A stretch of DNA of 63,966 nucleotides, filler included, from Octopus bimaculoides (Eukaryota): assembly GCF_001194135.2 (NCBI RefSeq). It is 4 parts of 4 records of this genome, joined end to end, with 100 filler letters (N's around TTAATTAATTAA, not from the genome) between each part and the next. Parts side by side here need not be neighbours in the genome. Positions count along the whole stretch, not along the records: positions 25,637 to 55,177 come from NC_068989.1; positions 55,278 to 62,796 come from NC_068994.1; 2 more parts are not named here. One strand, 5' to 3'. The translations under genes were made by a program, and so were the position numbers. The number at the start of each line of letters is the position of its first letter. Within the stretch, counting starts at the first letter, position 1. The notes below the pieces were generated by a model, which was not told where the DNA came from, ran no database searches, and worked only from the letters and a program-made list of their open reading frames with translations. Of the stretch, positions 51,021-62,796 are shown in pieces.

Positions 51021-51335
51021 GAAGGTGTGTGGTTCAGTTGTTAGAGTGTTGGGCTCACAATCATGAGGTAATGAGTTCGATTCTTGGACCAAGCTGTGTG
51101 TTGTGTTTTTGAGCAAGACACTTTATTTCACATTCCACCAGTTCACTCAGCTGTAGAAATAAGATGTGATTTCACTGATGCTAAGCTGTATTGGCCTTTG
51201 CCTTTCCCTTGGATAACATCTGTGGCACAGAAAGGGGAGGCTGGTATGCATGGGTGACTGCTGGTTTTCCATAAACAACTTTGCCCAGACTTGTGCCTAA
51301 GAGGGAAATTTTTTAGGTGCAATACCATGACTGAA
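51021..51335 (+). mobile_element. tRNA-derived SINE, family D (CORE/V-like)
   Basis: GTGTGGTTCAGTTGTTAGAGTG...GAGTTCGATTC head, then TTGAGCAAGACACTTTA. Reverse fragments near 42330-42450 and 51680-51845. Confidence 0.65.
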
Positions 51336-52624
51336 AGAGATCTTTTACTACATTATATGAAATGTGGAGAATTTCAGAAAGTACACTATAGTCAAAACCG
51401 ATTTAAGTTGGTCCCTGTGTCTCAAGTGCACATGCACAGAACCAAGTTTACTTGGTTCCTGCACAATAAGGGTTAATATGCCCGAAACAATTTAATACAA
51501 AAATGATACAAATAACATCAGAGGAGGTACAAATGAATTCATTATATCTTTCCTTACTGCTAGCAATCACTCTGCACCCCTCCATGTTATTTTTCATCAC
51601 CATCTCTCACTCTCACTTACCCTCATCCATCTCTATCGCTGGTCATCACTCCCTCTCTCTTACTATCATCATCATCATCATCTAGTATGCAGTAACCATC
51701 AACAGCACTTGATTCTGAGTGGACTGAAGGATCATGAAATAGAATGCTTTTCTCAAGGACATAAAGTACTGCCAGTGCTAAGAATTGAACTCACAAACAT
51801 ATGACTGTGAATCCAACAGCCTGACCACTAGGCCATGTGCCCACACTCTCTTGCCCATCTGTAATGCTATCCCATCATGCAACACATGCATGTTTAGAAT
51901 AAGCTCATTTTCAGAACTTATTCTTTGTAAGCCTAGTACTTATTCTATCAGTCTCTCTTGCTGAACTGCTAAGTTACGGGGACCTGAACACACCAACATC
52001 AGTTGTCAAGCGATGGGGGGGGGGGGAAACAAACACAGGCACACACATATATGTATATGTATACACACATATATATATATGACGAGCTTCTTTCAGTTTC
52101 TATGTACCAAATCCACTCACAAGGCTTTGGTCAGCCCGAAGCTATAGCAGTAGACACTTGCCCAAGGTGCCACACAGTGGAACTGAACCCAGAACCATGT
52201 GGTTGGGAAGCAAGCCTCTTACCACACAGCCACTCCTGTGCCTATATACATATATTATGTATATGTAAGTGAATTTGAATATATATGTCTACAAAGACAG
52301 TACCTGTGCTTTTCTTTATATCTAAGAGCATGTATATTTATGTATGTATGTTTATGAATACATCATAGCTCTCCATGTCTATATATAGTTTCATATACAG
52401 ACAATTATTTATAAGCAGCCTACGTACACACTAAGTGTGGTGCCCCGCCATCTGTGCCCACCCATCTGTATCTGAATTACTTCTTAATTTATTAAATTCT
52501 CACACTCAAAGAGACAACTTATTGTTTAATTTCTAACAGTTCTATATTTAAGAGATGAGGAATTATTTACATTATTTACATTATCTACATTTGACGGATA
52601 TTCGTCCTCATCTTGTTTGTTGTT

Positions 52625-52670
52625 AACACAACGTTTCGGCTGATATACCCTCCAGCCTTCGTCAGGTGTC
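52625..52670 (-). ncRNA. Minimal type-I hammerhead ribozyme, intact (sense to the tRNA head)
   Basis: Stem I GACAC, core CTGACGA-A, stem II GGCTG-gagggtatat-CAGCC, GAAA, C-GTT, GTGTT. Palindromic AACGTT stem III. Confidence 0.85.
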
Positions 52671-52759
52671 TTGGGGAAATTTCGAACCTGGGCTCTCATT
52701 CCTATCGATGTTACTATTATTATTATTATTATTATTATATTATTATTATTATTATTAAT

Positions 52760-52819
52760 CAGGTCGCTGCCGTGAATCGAACTCGGAACCTTGGGGTTAG
52801 TAGCCCGCGCTCTTAACCA
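52760..52819 (-). other. 5'-truncated tRNA-derived head (Ser-ACT-like anticodon arm); not a functional tRNA
   Basis: TGGTTAAGAGCGC-GGG-CTACTAA-CCC-CAAGGTTCCGAGTTCGATTC: A-box remnant, anticodon-loop-like hairpin and B box GTTCGATTC. No acceptor stem. Confidence 0.7.
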
Positions 52820-52820
52820 A

Positions 52821-52866
52821 GACACCTGACGAAGGCTGGAGGGTATATCAGCCGAAACGTTGTGTT
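52821..52866 (+). ncRNA. Minimal type-I hammerhead ribozyme, intact (inverted copy)
   Basis: Exact reverse-complement copy of 52625-52670. Confidence 0.85.
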
Positions 52867-53107
52867 AACAACAAACAAGATGAGGATGAATATCCGTCAA
52901 ATGTAGATAATGTAAATAATGTAATTTCTAACGTCTAGATTAATCTGAGCAGAATTTGACAGGTTGTAAATCTTTCTAAGGCCGTGAACATCTCTATTAG
53001 TATGTATATTTTTTTTTATCACTATGTGAGTCAATGTATACATGTGATTGTGTGTGCATCGTTGGCGATTTTCTTTCTCCGTCTTCCCTTCTTTAGACTT
53101 CTCCTAT

Positions 53108-53142
53108 ATTTCTGATGAAGAGCTCCACTCGAAACGTGAAAT
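53108..53142 (+). ncRNA. Minimal hammerhead motif in another PLE-like pseudo-LTR (about 53050-53270)
   Basis: ATTT-CTGATGA-A-GAG-ctcca-CTC-GAAA-C-GTG-AAAT. The core is intact but the triplet GTG is not NUH, so it is probably inactive. Confidence 0.6.
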
Positions 53143-53608
53143 CCTCTTTCTTTTCTTTCCTTTCCTTTCCTGAGCGTCCAATAACACTGTACTTATTCCA
53201 CGTCCTCGCATTGTTGTTTTTTGTTTGTGTTTTTTCTTGCTTGTTCCTGTTTGAATTGACAATATATAATATATANNNNNNNNNNNNNNNNNNNNNNNNN
53301 NNNNNNNNNNNNNNNNNNNNNNNNNNNNNNNNNNNNNNNNNNNNNNNNNNNNNNNNNNNNNNNNNNNNNNNNNNNNNNNNNNNNNNNNNNNNNNNNNNNN
53401 NNNNNNNNNNNNNNNNNNNNNNNNNNNNNNNNNNNNNNNNNNNNNNNNNNNNNNNNNNNNNNNNNNNNNNNNNNNNNNNNNNNNNNNNNNNNNNNNNNNN
53501 NNNNNNNNNNNNNNNNNNNNNNNNNNNNNNNNNNNNNNNNNNNNNNNNNNNNNNNNNNNNNNNNNNNNNNNNNNNNNNNNNNNNNNNNNNNNNNNNNNNN
53601 NNNNNNNN

Positions 53609-53653
<45 letters not shown>

Positions 53654-53953
53654 CGTGTCCATCCGTCTGTCCGTTCGTCCTTGTTTTGACATTGCGAGAT
53701 AGTTGTGAACGAGTGTCACTGTCAGACATTCAGTGTCATTCATTTTCCAATATATTGCAGAGAACCAATGACTGGTACTTCATCCCTGAAGGTGGTGAAA
53801 GTCAATGTTGACCTCAGTGGCATTTGAGCTCAAAATGTAAAGAGCCAGAACAAATACCACAAGGCATTTTGCCAGTTTGTCTCCATATTCTTAATGGTTT
53901 CTAATTTAGATATTAGTTCAGCAATTTGGAGTGGATAGCCAATACCATTGATT

Positions 53954-54877
53954 CAGGGCCAGATTAACACTCATAGAGGCCCTAAAAATTTTAAAGGGTT
54001 TGATGCTCCTATATATATGTAATTCAAAAGTCTGCTGTGATGATTCTAAAATACAACATATAAAAACCTAAGGGTATATCTTTTTCTACTCCTTTGAAGA
54101 GATTTTGCCCCCAAAAATGATTTTAATAATTGGACTATCGATAACTAAATTACAACAGGTATATAGTCCATTTTTTGTATTATAGTGCATTGTTGTACCA
54201 TTCAAAACTTTTTATTCTTTACAAACAATAAACAATGCTTCAAGCGAACTACAATACTCTCCGATTTTAATAATATTTATTTAATCGTTATTGGGCTTAA
54301 TTGAAACAGCTGTAAGAGACTATCTTTGATTTTTGCTGATAATAAATCTTTATTAAATGCTCTATCTCCATTTTCTTATTTTTCATTTGAATGATTGTCA
54401 ACCATGGTTTATATACAAACCTATTATTTTACGAATATTATTATTCCCAATAAGTATTAGGTATTGAACCAGTAATTCCTTGGACGATACCATCCCCTAA
54501 CAAGGCTAATTTAACCTCTAATTGAATTTAATTCAAAATATAAATAATAAACCATAAAATAAATTTTTATTTTTCAAAATGAAACAAAACCAACAGTGAG
54601 ATGAAAAATAATGTTTATCTTTGTATACTTTCTTTTTATATTTGAAAAGATTTCTCCTACTTTTTTTAATTGCAAAGTTTTGATTGGATCCTCAAAATTA
54701 ATCTTACAAAACACATCTGCTTCTATACTTAGTAGAGATAAGGCACCCCAAATATTATTTTAGCTATTTTAAAGTGATTTCTTTTGTGCTGTAAACCATT
54801 TACCATTTCTGTGGTATCTTCATTCCTTTGACGCCCTAAGCACATACTTACTTTGCTTAATGGTTAATCCAGTGCTG
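53954..54877. mobile_element. hAT-type MITE with 8-bp TSD, inserted in an old family-B SINE
   Basis: Ends CAGGGCCAGATTAAC and GTTAATCCAGTGCTG. Flanks CATTGATT and CATTGACT (7 of 8 match). Removing it rejoins a degenerate family-B SINE. Related solo ends at about 6650 and 39370-39401. Confidence 0.8.
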
Positions 54878-55177
54878 CATTGACTGGTGGCATACATAAC
54901 TGATCTCAGGAGGGATGAAAAACGAAATCAAGCTTTGAGGGATGTGAACCCAAAACGTTAAAGATTGTAACTATATACCGTAAGGAATTTTGTCGGAAGC
55001 ACCACCTATTCTGCCAGTCTAATGCTATAATGATGAAGATGCTATCTTTTATTTGCTGCAGAAGTGTTTGACGTGGGGGGGGGGGTACTATAAGGACAGT
55101 TTACAGTTTGTGTGTGGTTTACAAAGAAAGGTGAGGAAAGGTGGGGAGTGAAGGCGGGGAGGGGGGAGATAAAAAGA

Positions 55178-55277
55178 NNNNNNNNNNNNNNNNNNNNNNN
55201 NNNNNNNNNNNNNNNNNNNNNTTAATTAATTAANNNNNNNNNNNNNNNNNNNNNNNNNNNNNNNNNNNNNNNNNNNN
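55178..55277. other. Artificial scaffold spacer
   Basis: 44N-TTAATTAATTAA-44N. Confidence 0.95.
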
Positions 55278-56073
55278 ATATATATATATATATATATACA
55301 CATATACGTTTATATGCACATATATAAACATATATATATTTACATATACACATGCATTCATTTACACACACACAAACACACACACACACACATATATATA
55401 AATACATATATGCATACAGACACATCCATAATTACGGATTTCAGTAATAAAATTCAAAATACCGTGAAAGACTTTAAAATGCTTTGGAAAGCCACACAAT
55501 TCTTTTAATTCTGTGTTTTGTTCTAGTTAATGTCTTTCAGTTTTAGTCTGTATCTTTTTGTGAATGAAGGATGTTTGTGCATACGTGCGTACTTTTGTTG
55601 GTAGCATTTAAATACGGGTTGGCCAATCAATTTAGAAATTTGCTTGAGAATTATAGTTCCAAGTTCGATCCTACAGCTTGATAATCTTGGGCAAATATCT
55701 TTTACTTTTTGCCTCGGCTCCACCAAATGTTAGTGAAATTAGTTAGACGGAAACTATCAAGAAGCCCATCAGGTAGAGTACATCTGTGATTCAAAGGCTA
55801 AACATTGTTTCTGTTATGCACTGATTCCATCCGAAATTCTCCAGACTAAGTCTTTGAATTCACTTGATTTGGGAATTCGTAACCAAAATATCAAAGTGTT
55901 AGGGAGAAGTATAAAGTCTTGCTTTTGATTATGCTCTTATTTTTGTCTGTGCAGATTAGGCTATCTAATACCGCGCTAACTTAATTTATGACTACATAGC
56001 AACTGCCTGTGATACTGATTGAAGAAAAAATCTTGTACATACATATACTTAAATGTACATGTATGTATGGAAG

Positions 56074-56105
<32 letters not shown>

Positions 56106-58989
56106 TGTAAAATATATAAATATATATATATGAATAAAACGTGTTGTGCGTAAAGATTCACACGAGAATTGAAACCGCGATGCAAGCACAGTTTTCCTCT
56201 GAGGCTGCTAACAATCTCTAGTAGAAGGAGTGCTCTTGCACTGAACATTAAAAAAAAAAAAGTAAATAATGTAATCACTAAAAAAAAAAAAATGGTGATC
56301 GATCGTTGAAGAGAGAGGAAGCCTTGGGCATACTGGTACCAATTCACTTGAAGAGTCCCTTTTTCACTCCGTGTCACTTAGCTTCATTTCGGTTCACTTC
56401 GCTTCCATCACTAATCTCCATAGGAAAGACATCGTTGTCCTTATTTCCTTCCTTCCTTCACTCTTCAAAAATACCAGGAATTTTTGCATAGTCGAAACGA
56501 AACTCTCATAATCCTCAAATCCTAAAAACTTCAATGTAATACTGTCAATCCTTTTTTTTTCTGTTAGTAATTCCTGTATTTACCATATTAAACTCGTCCA
56601 CAACGAATTCTTTTCCTAGGTTACCAACTTAACTATGTATCAGTGAGGGGGAGCCTCTATATGATCGCATGACCTTCTGGAAATAGCAGTAGAATCTCCC
56701 TACTTCAACTCATACCCTACCACTTAGGGAAAGAAATCAATCACTTCAGATACTGCGATCTGACGAACGCCTGAGCAAAAAAGAAAGGGAGGGGTATGGT
56801 TGGAATGTCTCTGATCATAGATCTGTTATATCATGGTTGATCTGAGCTAAACAACAGTAAATTTCCAACACTTGAAAATGTTTACTTATTCTGCGAGAAA
56901 GAAATCTAATAATCTATAGAGAGAGAAAGTGAAAATGAAGGTCTTGGCTCTTGATAACGAAATTATGAATCAATCAAAGTTTTGAGACCTTTATTTATTT
57001 TGCACTGAAAAAGTATAGCTGACCAAAACGTTAGATCAATAGCCATCTTCCGGACGGTATAAACCGTATCCCACCGATGAGATAAATTGAATTACTTTTT
57101 GGAACGATATTTCTCTCAGATCATAATATATCGTCTCGAAAGAAAAGGATGTAATTTTATGTAAACTATTTCTGAAAAAAAAAAAAAGAAAAAAGAATCT
57201 GATTGGTTTTGGTTTGAGTATATATCAAAAGTCTGCTGGAGTAGGTCTTGCCTGGGTTTAAACAGCAGCAACAACAGAATCATCAATAGATATTAGAGTA
57301 AAATAGTAACGACCGTGCTGAAGCATTTAACGTTCTCTCGCGAAAGTAGCTGACACAATAACAATCATTGCCAGGGATTAAACACCAACGTTACATCGGC
57401 TTCGATTATGATAACTGAACGAAGAAGACATCGATTGTTATTATGGTGATTGATTGTTACTATGGCAATGAAAGTTGCTTTAAAAATCAGCTCTTGTGGA
57501 AATAAAGTCTATCTTCAATTATTTAATTAAAGACAAAATTAAACAGATGAATGGTTAAGTTAAGGTGTTATTGCTGAAAATAATCTTCAATTTGAACTTG
57601 TGCTGGTCGATAACTGAAGCTAAATTGTATAAACCGGTGAGATATAGTTGCAGTGAAGATGTACGATTAGGCTAAGGGATTAGGTTAGTATGGCATTTGA
57701 GGGTGGGCTGACAAATTAGAGAGACGATAACGGAGATCAGGTGGTTTGCCACGCTTACACAACTGAAAACCTTTAAATAAATTTACCCACGGATTTCATG
57801 CTTTTGACAGTTGCGTTTCCACAGTTGGCCGATGTTGATAGGCTGACAACAAATTCGCTTTCTTAGTGTCACCGCTCAATGGAAAAGTGTATGTAAAAGA
57901 ATAATTATATGTAACTAGTAATTATTCATTGTACGCTACAGCTTGTTAAGATTTTGAACACAGCTCACTCACCGTACCATCTTTTGTGGAAATCTTCAAT
58001 AGGGTGAGATCGAGCGAATGTGATAGACAAATTTGTAAACTAGTGGAGCAAGATATGGTGCATTGGCAGAAAACGTATATATTGGTACTGAAGATCAGTA
58101 AGCTATTTTTAAAACTGACCCCCACCCGATATTCTCTCTGAGTAGCAGGAAGAGAAGAGGCGTGTGGTGAGCCTGGTGGGTCTGAGTGGAGATAAGATCA
58201 ACGAGACTCAATGGGGTTAAAAACAATTTAGTAGTGAGGCTACGAGAAGTGAAAGCAGGTTTGAGGGTTAGAGATTTGTGCGTGAGGAGGGGTGACTGAT
58301 GATGTCTTTGTTTTTCTCCAAAAAAAGAGATCGACAGAATAACTCTCGGATTTTAAACATTTATTGCGGTCGATTTATTCGATTGAAACCCTTTAAAGCG
58401 GTGCTCCAGCATGTCCGCAGTCCAATGACTGAAACAGGGAAAAGAAATTCGAAGAAAGAATAACAAGGAAACACGGATTAAAATAAGTATTTTAAAAAAA
58501 TGATAACATGAAAATAGCAACATGAAAGAATCCCTAATTTCGGGTGACGGGGCAATAATCGCTTGGGTCATACCAAAGCAAATTGAACAAAATGTAGTTG
58601 GATCCTATAACAAGTCACTAAATGTTTTTCATCGTTTGAAACGTCTACAGTTTCGTTGGGGTAAAACCCATTCAAGTAACTATGCGGTTGAAAGGTAAGA
58701 TTTCTTTTATTTGCTTCCTCTTTCTGCGAGGAATGCATTCGTAGAAAGAATAACACCGGAAGTAAGCCATATCACATGTTCACTGACTGAACTAGGATTT
58801 ATTTTTGTTGTTCTTTTTTAATTCAAGCTGGCAAGATAATGTAAAAAGAACAAAATAACAGCAATACGAGTAATAATATCGTATAGCAGTTGTTGTTGTT
58901 GCTGTTGTTTTTGATGAGCCCTCGGTGAGCTCCGATCAAACCAATTTATGGGCAATTCCTTCATTATTATTATTATCATTATTACCATG

Positions 58990-59040
<51 letters not shown>

Positions 59041-59542
59041 GAGTAAAAGAGCAGTGNNNNNNNNNNGATTACTCGTCTGATAAGGGTACACCAGGCACAT
59101 GCATCACAACCATGTGTGCGCGACATAGTGATCTCATATCAAGACAAACAGCGCATGAGCTCACAGGTGGGACCCAGTTAAAATTTTCTTCAGGTCGACT
59201 AGCCCATTCCGCTCAAAAGAAATAAGGTTTATTTAAAGATGATGAACAAAGTACCCATGTTTCCAAAGATGAATTATTCAAACCTCAAAGAATTCCTCTC
59301 ATCACATGGCTATGATGCTCCCTAATTACTCCTGCTCATGATCAGAGATGCACATATCTTCAGACACCGAGGGACATGCTCAACTGGTTAAGGTCAAGCA
59401 ACTGACAAGCAAATCTGTGGTATTGAGCAGAATATTTGCTGTAGCCCATCTTTTATACCAAGACAAAACAATGTACATGATGACACTTCCAATCAATTAA
59501 GATCAGAAGCCATGAGAGCCACTGCCTGGTGCTGCATCAGGG

Positions 59543-59543
<1 letters not shown>
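59041..59543. mobile_element. Unclassified ~500-bp non-coding element embedded in (ATT)n
   Basis: Complex sequence with sharp boundaries against pure (ATT)n tracts on both sides. No ORF or tRNA head seen. Confidence 0.5.
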
Positions 59544-59609
<66 letters not shown>

Positions 59610-60485
59610 GACAGAGCCATCAAAGTGACACTTGGATATAAATATACGAAGCCCACAATGCCTGTAGGATAAAGTTACTGGATGGAGACTGTTTTTAAAT
59701 GTTGAAAGACCGAATAAAATGGCGGTGTATTGGAATATAGGCAAAGTGGAGTCGGGAGTGGCTGCTATTTCATGCAATTCGTATGACCATGTCGACGCTC
59801 CAACCTCTTCGTTGGAAATAGTATCGTGAGAAACAAGAAGTGAGAATGCATACCACGTTAGTTTAAGTATATCTACATGCCAACAACAGCAACAGCAACG
59901 TTAATAACAACAACATCAATGACAAGAAAAAAGAAGCAGCATAAAAAAAAACAATAGGATAGCCGACATACCGCAGATAATTACATGTAATTACAAGGAG
60001 AAACGATCCTGGCTGATATTAATGTCAGATATGTTGTTGTAATAGTGATACTGACATCTATCTATCTATCTATCTATCTATCTGTCTGTCTGTCTGTCTG
60101 TCTTCTGTCTATCTGTCTGTCTGTCTGTCTGTCTGACTATCTCTCAGTCTCTCTGTCTAGACTTTGATTACACTCAAACATAATTCAACTAAGACCTCAA
60201 TACGAAAATGTAGCATTCTCTATGTATTTATTACTTAAATAAGCATGTTTCATTTCATTACACGGAGTTTTGCCATAACGTGGTTCTTCAGGTAATGTTT
60301 TATAAACTACGAGTCTAGATTTTTGTGAATTTGTTCAAAAGGTTAGAATAAAAGATATTGCATGAAGAACTAGGTTATAGTGAAACCACTTGAAGGAATA
60401 TAAATAAAAAATATCCAACTTATATATATATATATATATACACTGACGTACATGTACAAAACCACGATTACATTCACACACACAC

Positions 60486-60518
<33 letters not shown>

Positions 60519-61211
60519 TACATGCATAAGAAGGAGAGATAACCAGAGAGGGAGGGAGAGATTGTGAGAGAGAGACATATCTATCAGTGTGTTTATATAT
60601 ACGCACGTGCAATATAAAGATATATATATAGATGTTTATGATATATAAATATACACTTATATGTACACACACACACGTACATACGTATATACACATACCT
60701 ACATACCTACCTACCTACCTACATACATGCATACATACATACATACATACATACATACATACATACATACATACATACATACACACACACATGTATAAGA
60801 TCTTTTGACAGGAATCTACAGCACTGACAGCGTCCGATTCCAGTTCATTTCAGAGAATTCTGTAGTTCTGCCGTCACAAAAGGGGTATCTATCACCTACA
60901 CCTACCCATCTTCTCGTCATATATTCCGCTCCACTCTATAAAACTCATCTACAAGTTCCGAACGATAAATTTTATTGAAAGTCTTTCTTTGTCGTCTGCT
61001 ATAGAGATGTCTTCATTTCTTCTTGCTCCGGTCATCGATTTCTGTTCCGTGTCACGTGGTCCTTTCACTCGTAACTATTACGTATGAACAACAACAGGAA
61101 TGAATGCCAGACACATACCCGCACCCACATATGGACCCATATACTTATATATACACACCTTCCTATATACAAACGCTCATTTACATAATATACTTATATA
61201 CGCATACATAC

Positions 61212-61274
<63 letters not shown>

Positions 61275-61904
61275 CATGTATATATAAACATACTTATACC
61301 CATATACATGTCTGGTCTTTACCTTTATATATATATATAATTTATATGTGTGTGTGTGTCTGTGTGTGTGTATGTATGTATGTGTGTGTATGTGTATGAT
61401 TGCATGTGTACTTGGAACGTAGAAATGAATTCATTTCGTATAAGAGAACATATCAAACGTTGTTGTTCAAACAGAAATGTTCAGAAAATAACCCCTTAAA
61501 GAGAACATGCACCTGTAACGACCGAACTGTCACTATTCCAACCTAGTTAGGCCTCATCAACCTTTTTATTATCTCGTAACGAACACGGGTGGTAAATGGC
61601 ACAATCGGTAGATTATCGAGTTCTAGGTTCGTATCTAGCCGAGATTATTTCTGCTTTTAACCCCGCCGGCGTCGAAATCAATGCCATTAAGCTCGTACCT
61701 TTTCCTACCTGCAACATGTTGCATTGCATTGATCTTTTCAAAATCCATTTGGTATCATGTTTTAACTAGAATATCACCTGGCTGAAGCACATTCATATTT
61801 CTCTATAGATAGCTGAAAGCTCACCTGTACATTGATACATGCTTATGCAAACATGTAAGTACTAATATACATTTTAATCATTACTGGATGATTGATTAAA
61901 ATAG

Positions 61905-61948
<44 letters not shown>

Positions 61949-62438
61949 NNNNNNNNNNAGAGAGAGTGAGAGAGAAGAATGGGAAGAAGGGGAGGAATAA
62001 AGGGAAACAAGGTCGTGATTGAACTGTGATGAAATATAATATATCTGTGTGGATTCAGAATGTGGCTACGCCTGATTGGGAGGAGAGTCATAAGCATGGT
62101 CGAGGGATCATTTAAAGTACGTATAAACATTTGGCACATTTTATAGGGTGTAGAGATACAGAAAGAGAGAGAGAGAGAGGGGGGGAGAAGGGGATAGATA
62201 GCAAAAAAAGAGAAAGAGAGACATAGAGTCGATCGAAGCGTATGAGCGAACTTGTGATCGCTTTAGTCGATAAATAGACAGACAGATTGCTAGGGTGATA
62301 AATAGATAGACAGCTCGTTTGATTGATTAGCCGAGGATAAAGACAAGCAAAACAGTAGCAGCAGCAGTAGTAGTAGTGATAATGACGAAATGTATTGATT
62401 TTGTTGGTAAAGAGCGATAGTCTGGACAGTTTCTATCC

Positions 62439-62473
<35 letters not shown>

Positions 62474-62562
62474 ATATCGATCTATCTATCTCTATTTATT
62501 TATCTATCTCTATGTATGTATGTATGTATGTATGTATGTATGTATGTATGTATGTATCTATC

Positions 62563-62633
<71 letters not shown>

Positions 62634-62796
62634 ATATATATATATCTATCTATGCGTATGTATCTATAACTTTGTGAGAGCATCTATCTGCCTGTCAACT
62701 GATCACTTTGCCTACGCGGTCAGTCATATGTCAGATAAATAGATACGCAGGAAGACCGATAAAGAAATAAGATAGCAAAGACAGATAAGAGAGAGA

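Larger units (their letters stand above)
52538..52921 (-). mobile_element. tRNA-head + hammerhead + PLE-like tail element with inverted 3' duplicate (candidate Penelope-dependent SINE)
   Basis: TSD TAATTTCTAAC at 52527-52537 and 52922-52932. Inverted arms 52567-52674 and 52817-52924 match at 107 of 108 nt. tRNA-like head 52760-52819 and (AAT)n linker. Confidence 0.85.

Noticed and set aside
57020-57056. AAAACGTT...CATCTTCCGG resembling a PLE ribozyme
   Set aside because: The elements are in the wrong order and stem II cannot close.
14338-57980. Phase-compatible splice of ATG GTA CG (57973) to the 14338 acceptor, giving MVRKRRIRDLSEME...
   Set aside because: It crosses two artificial spacers, so contiguity is unproven, and a phase match occurs one time in three by chance.
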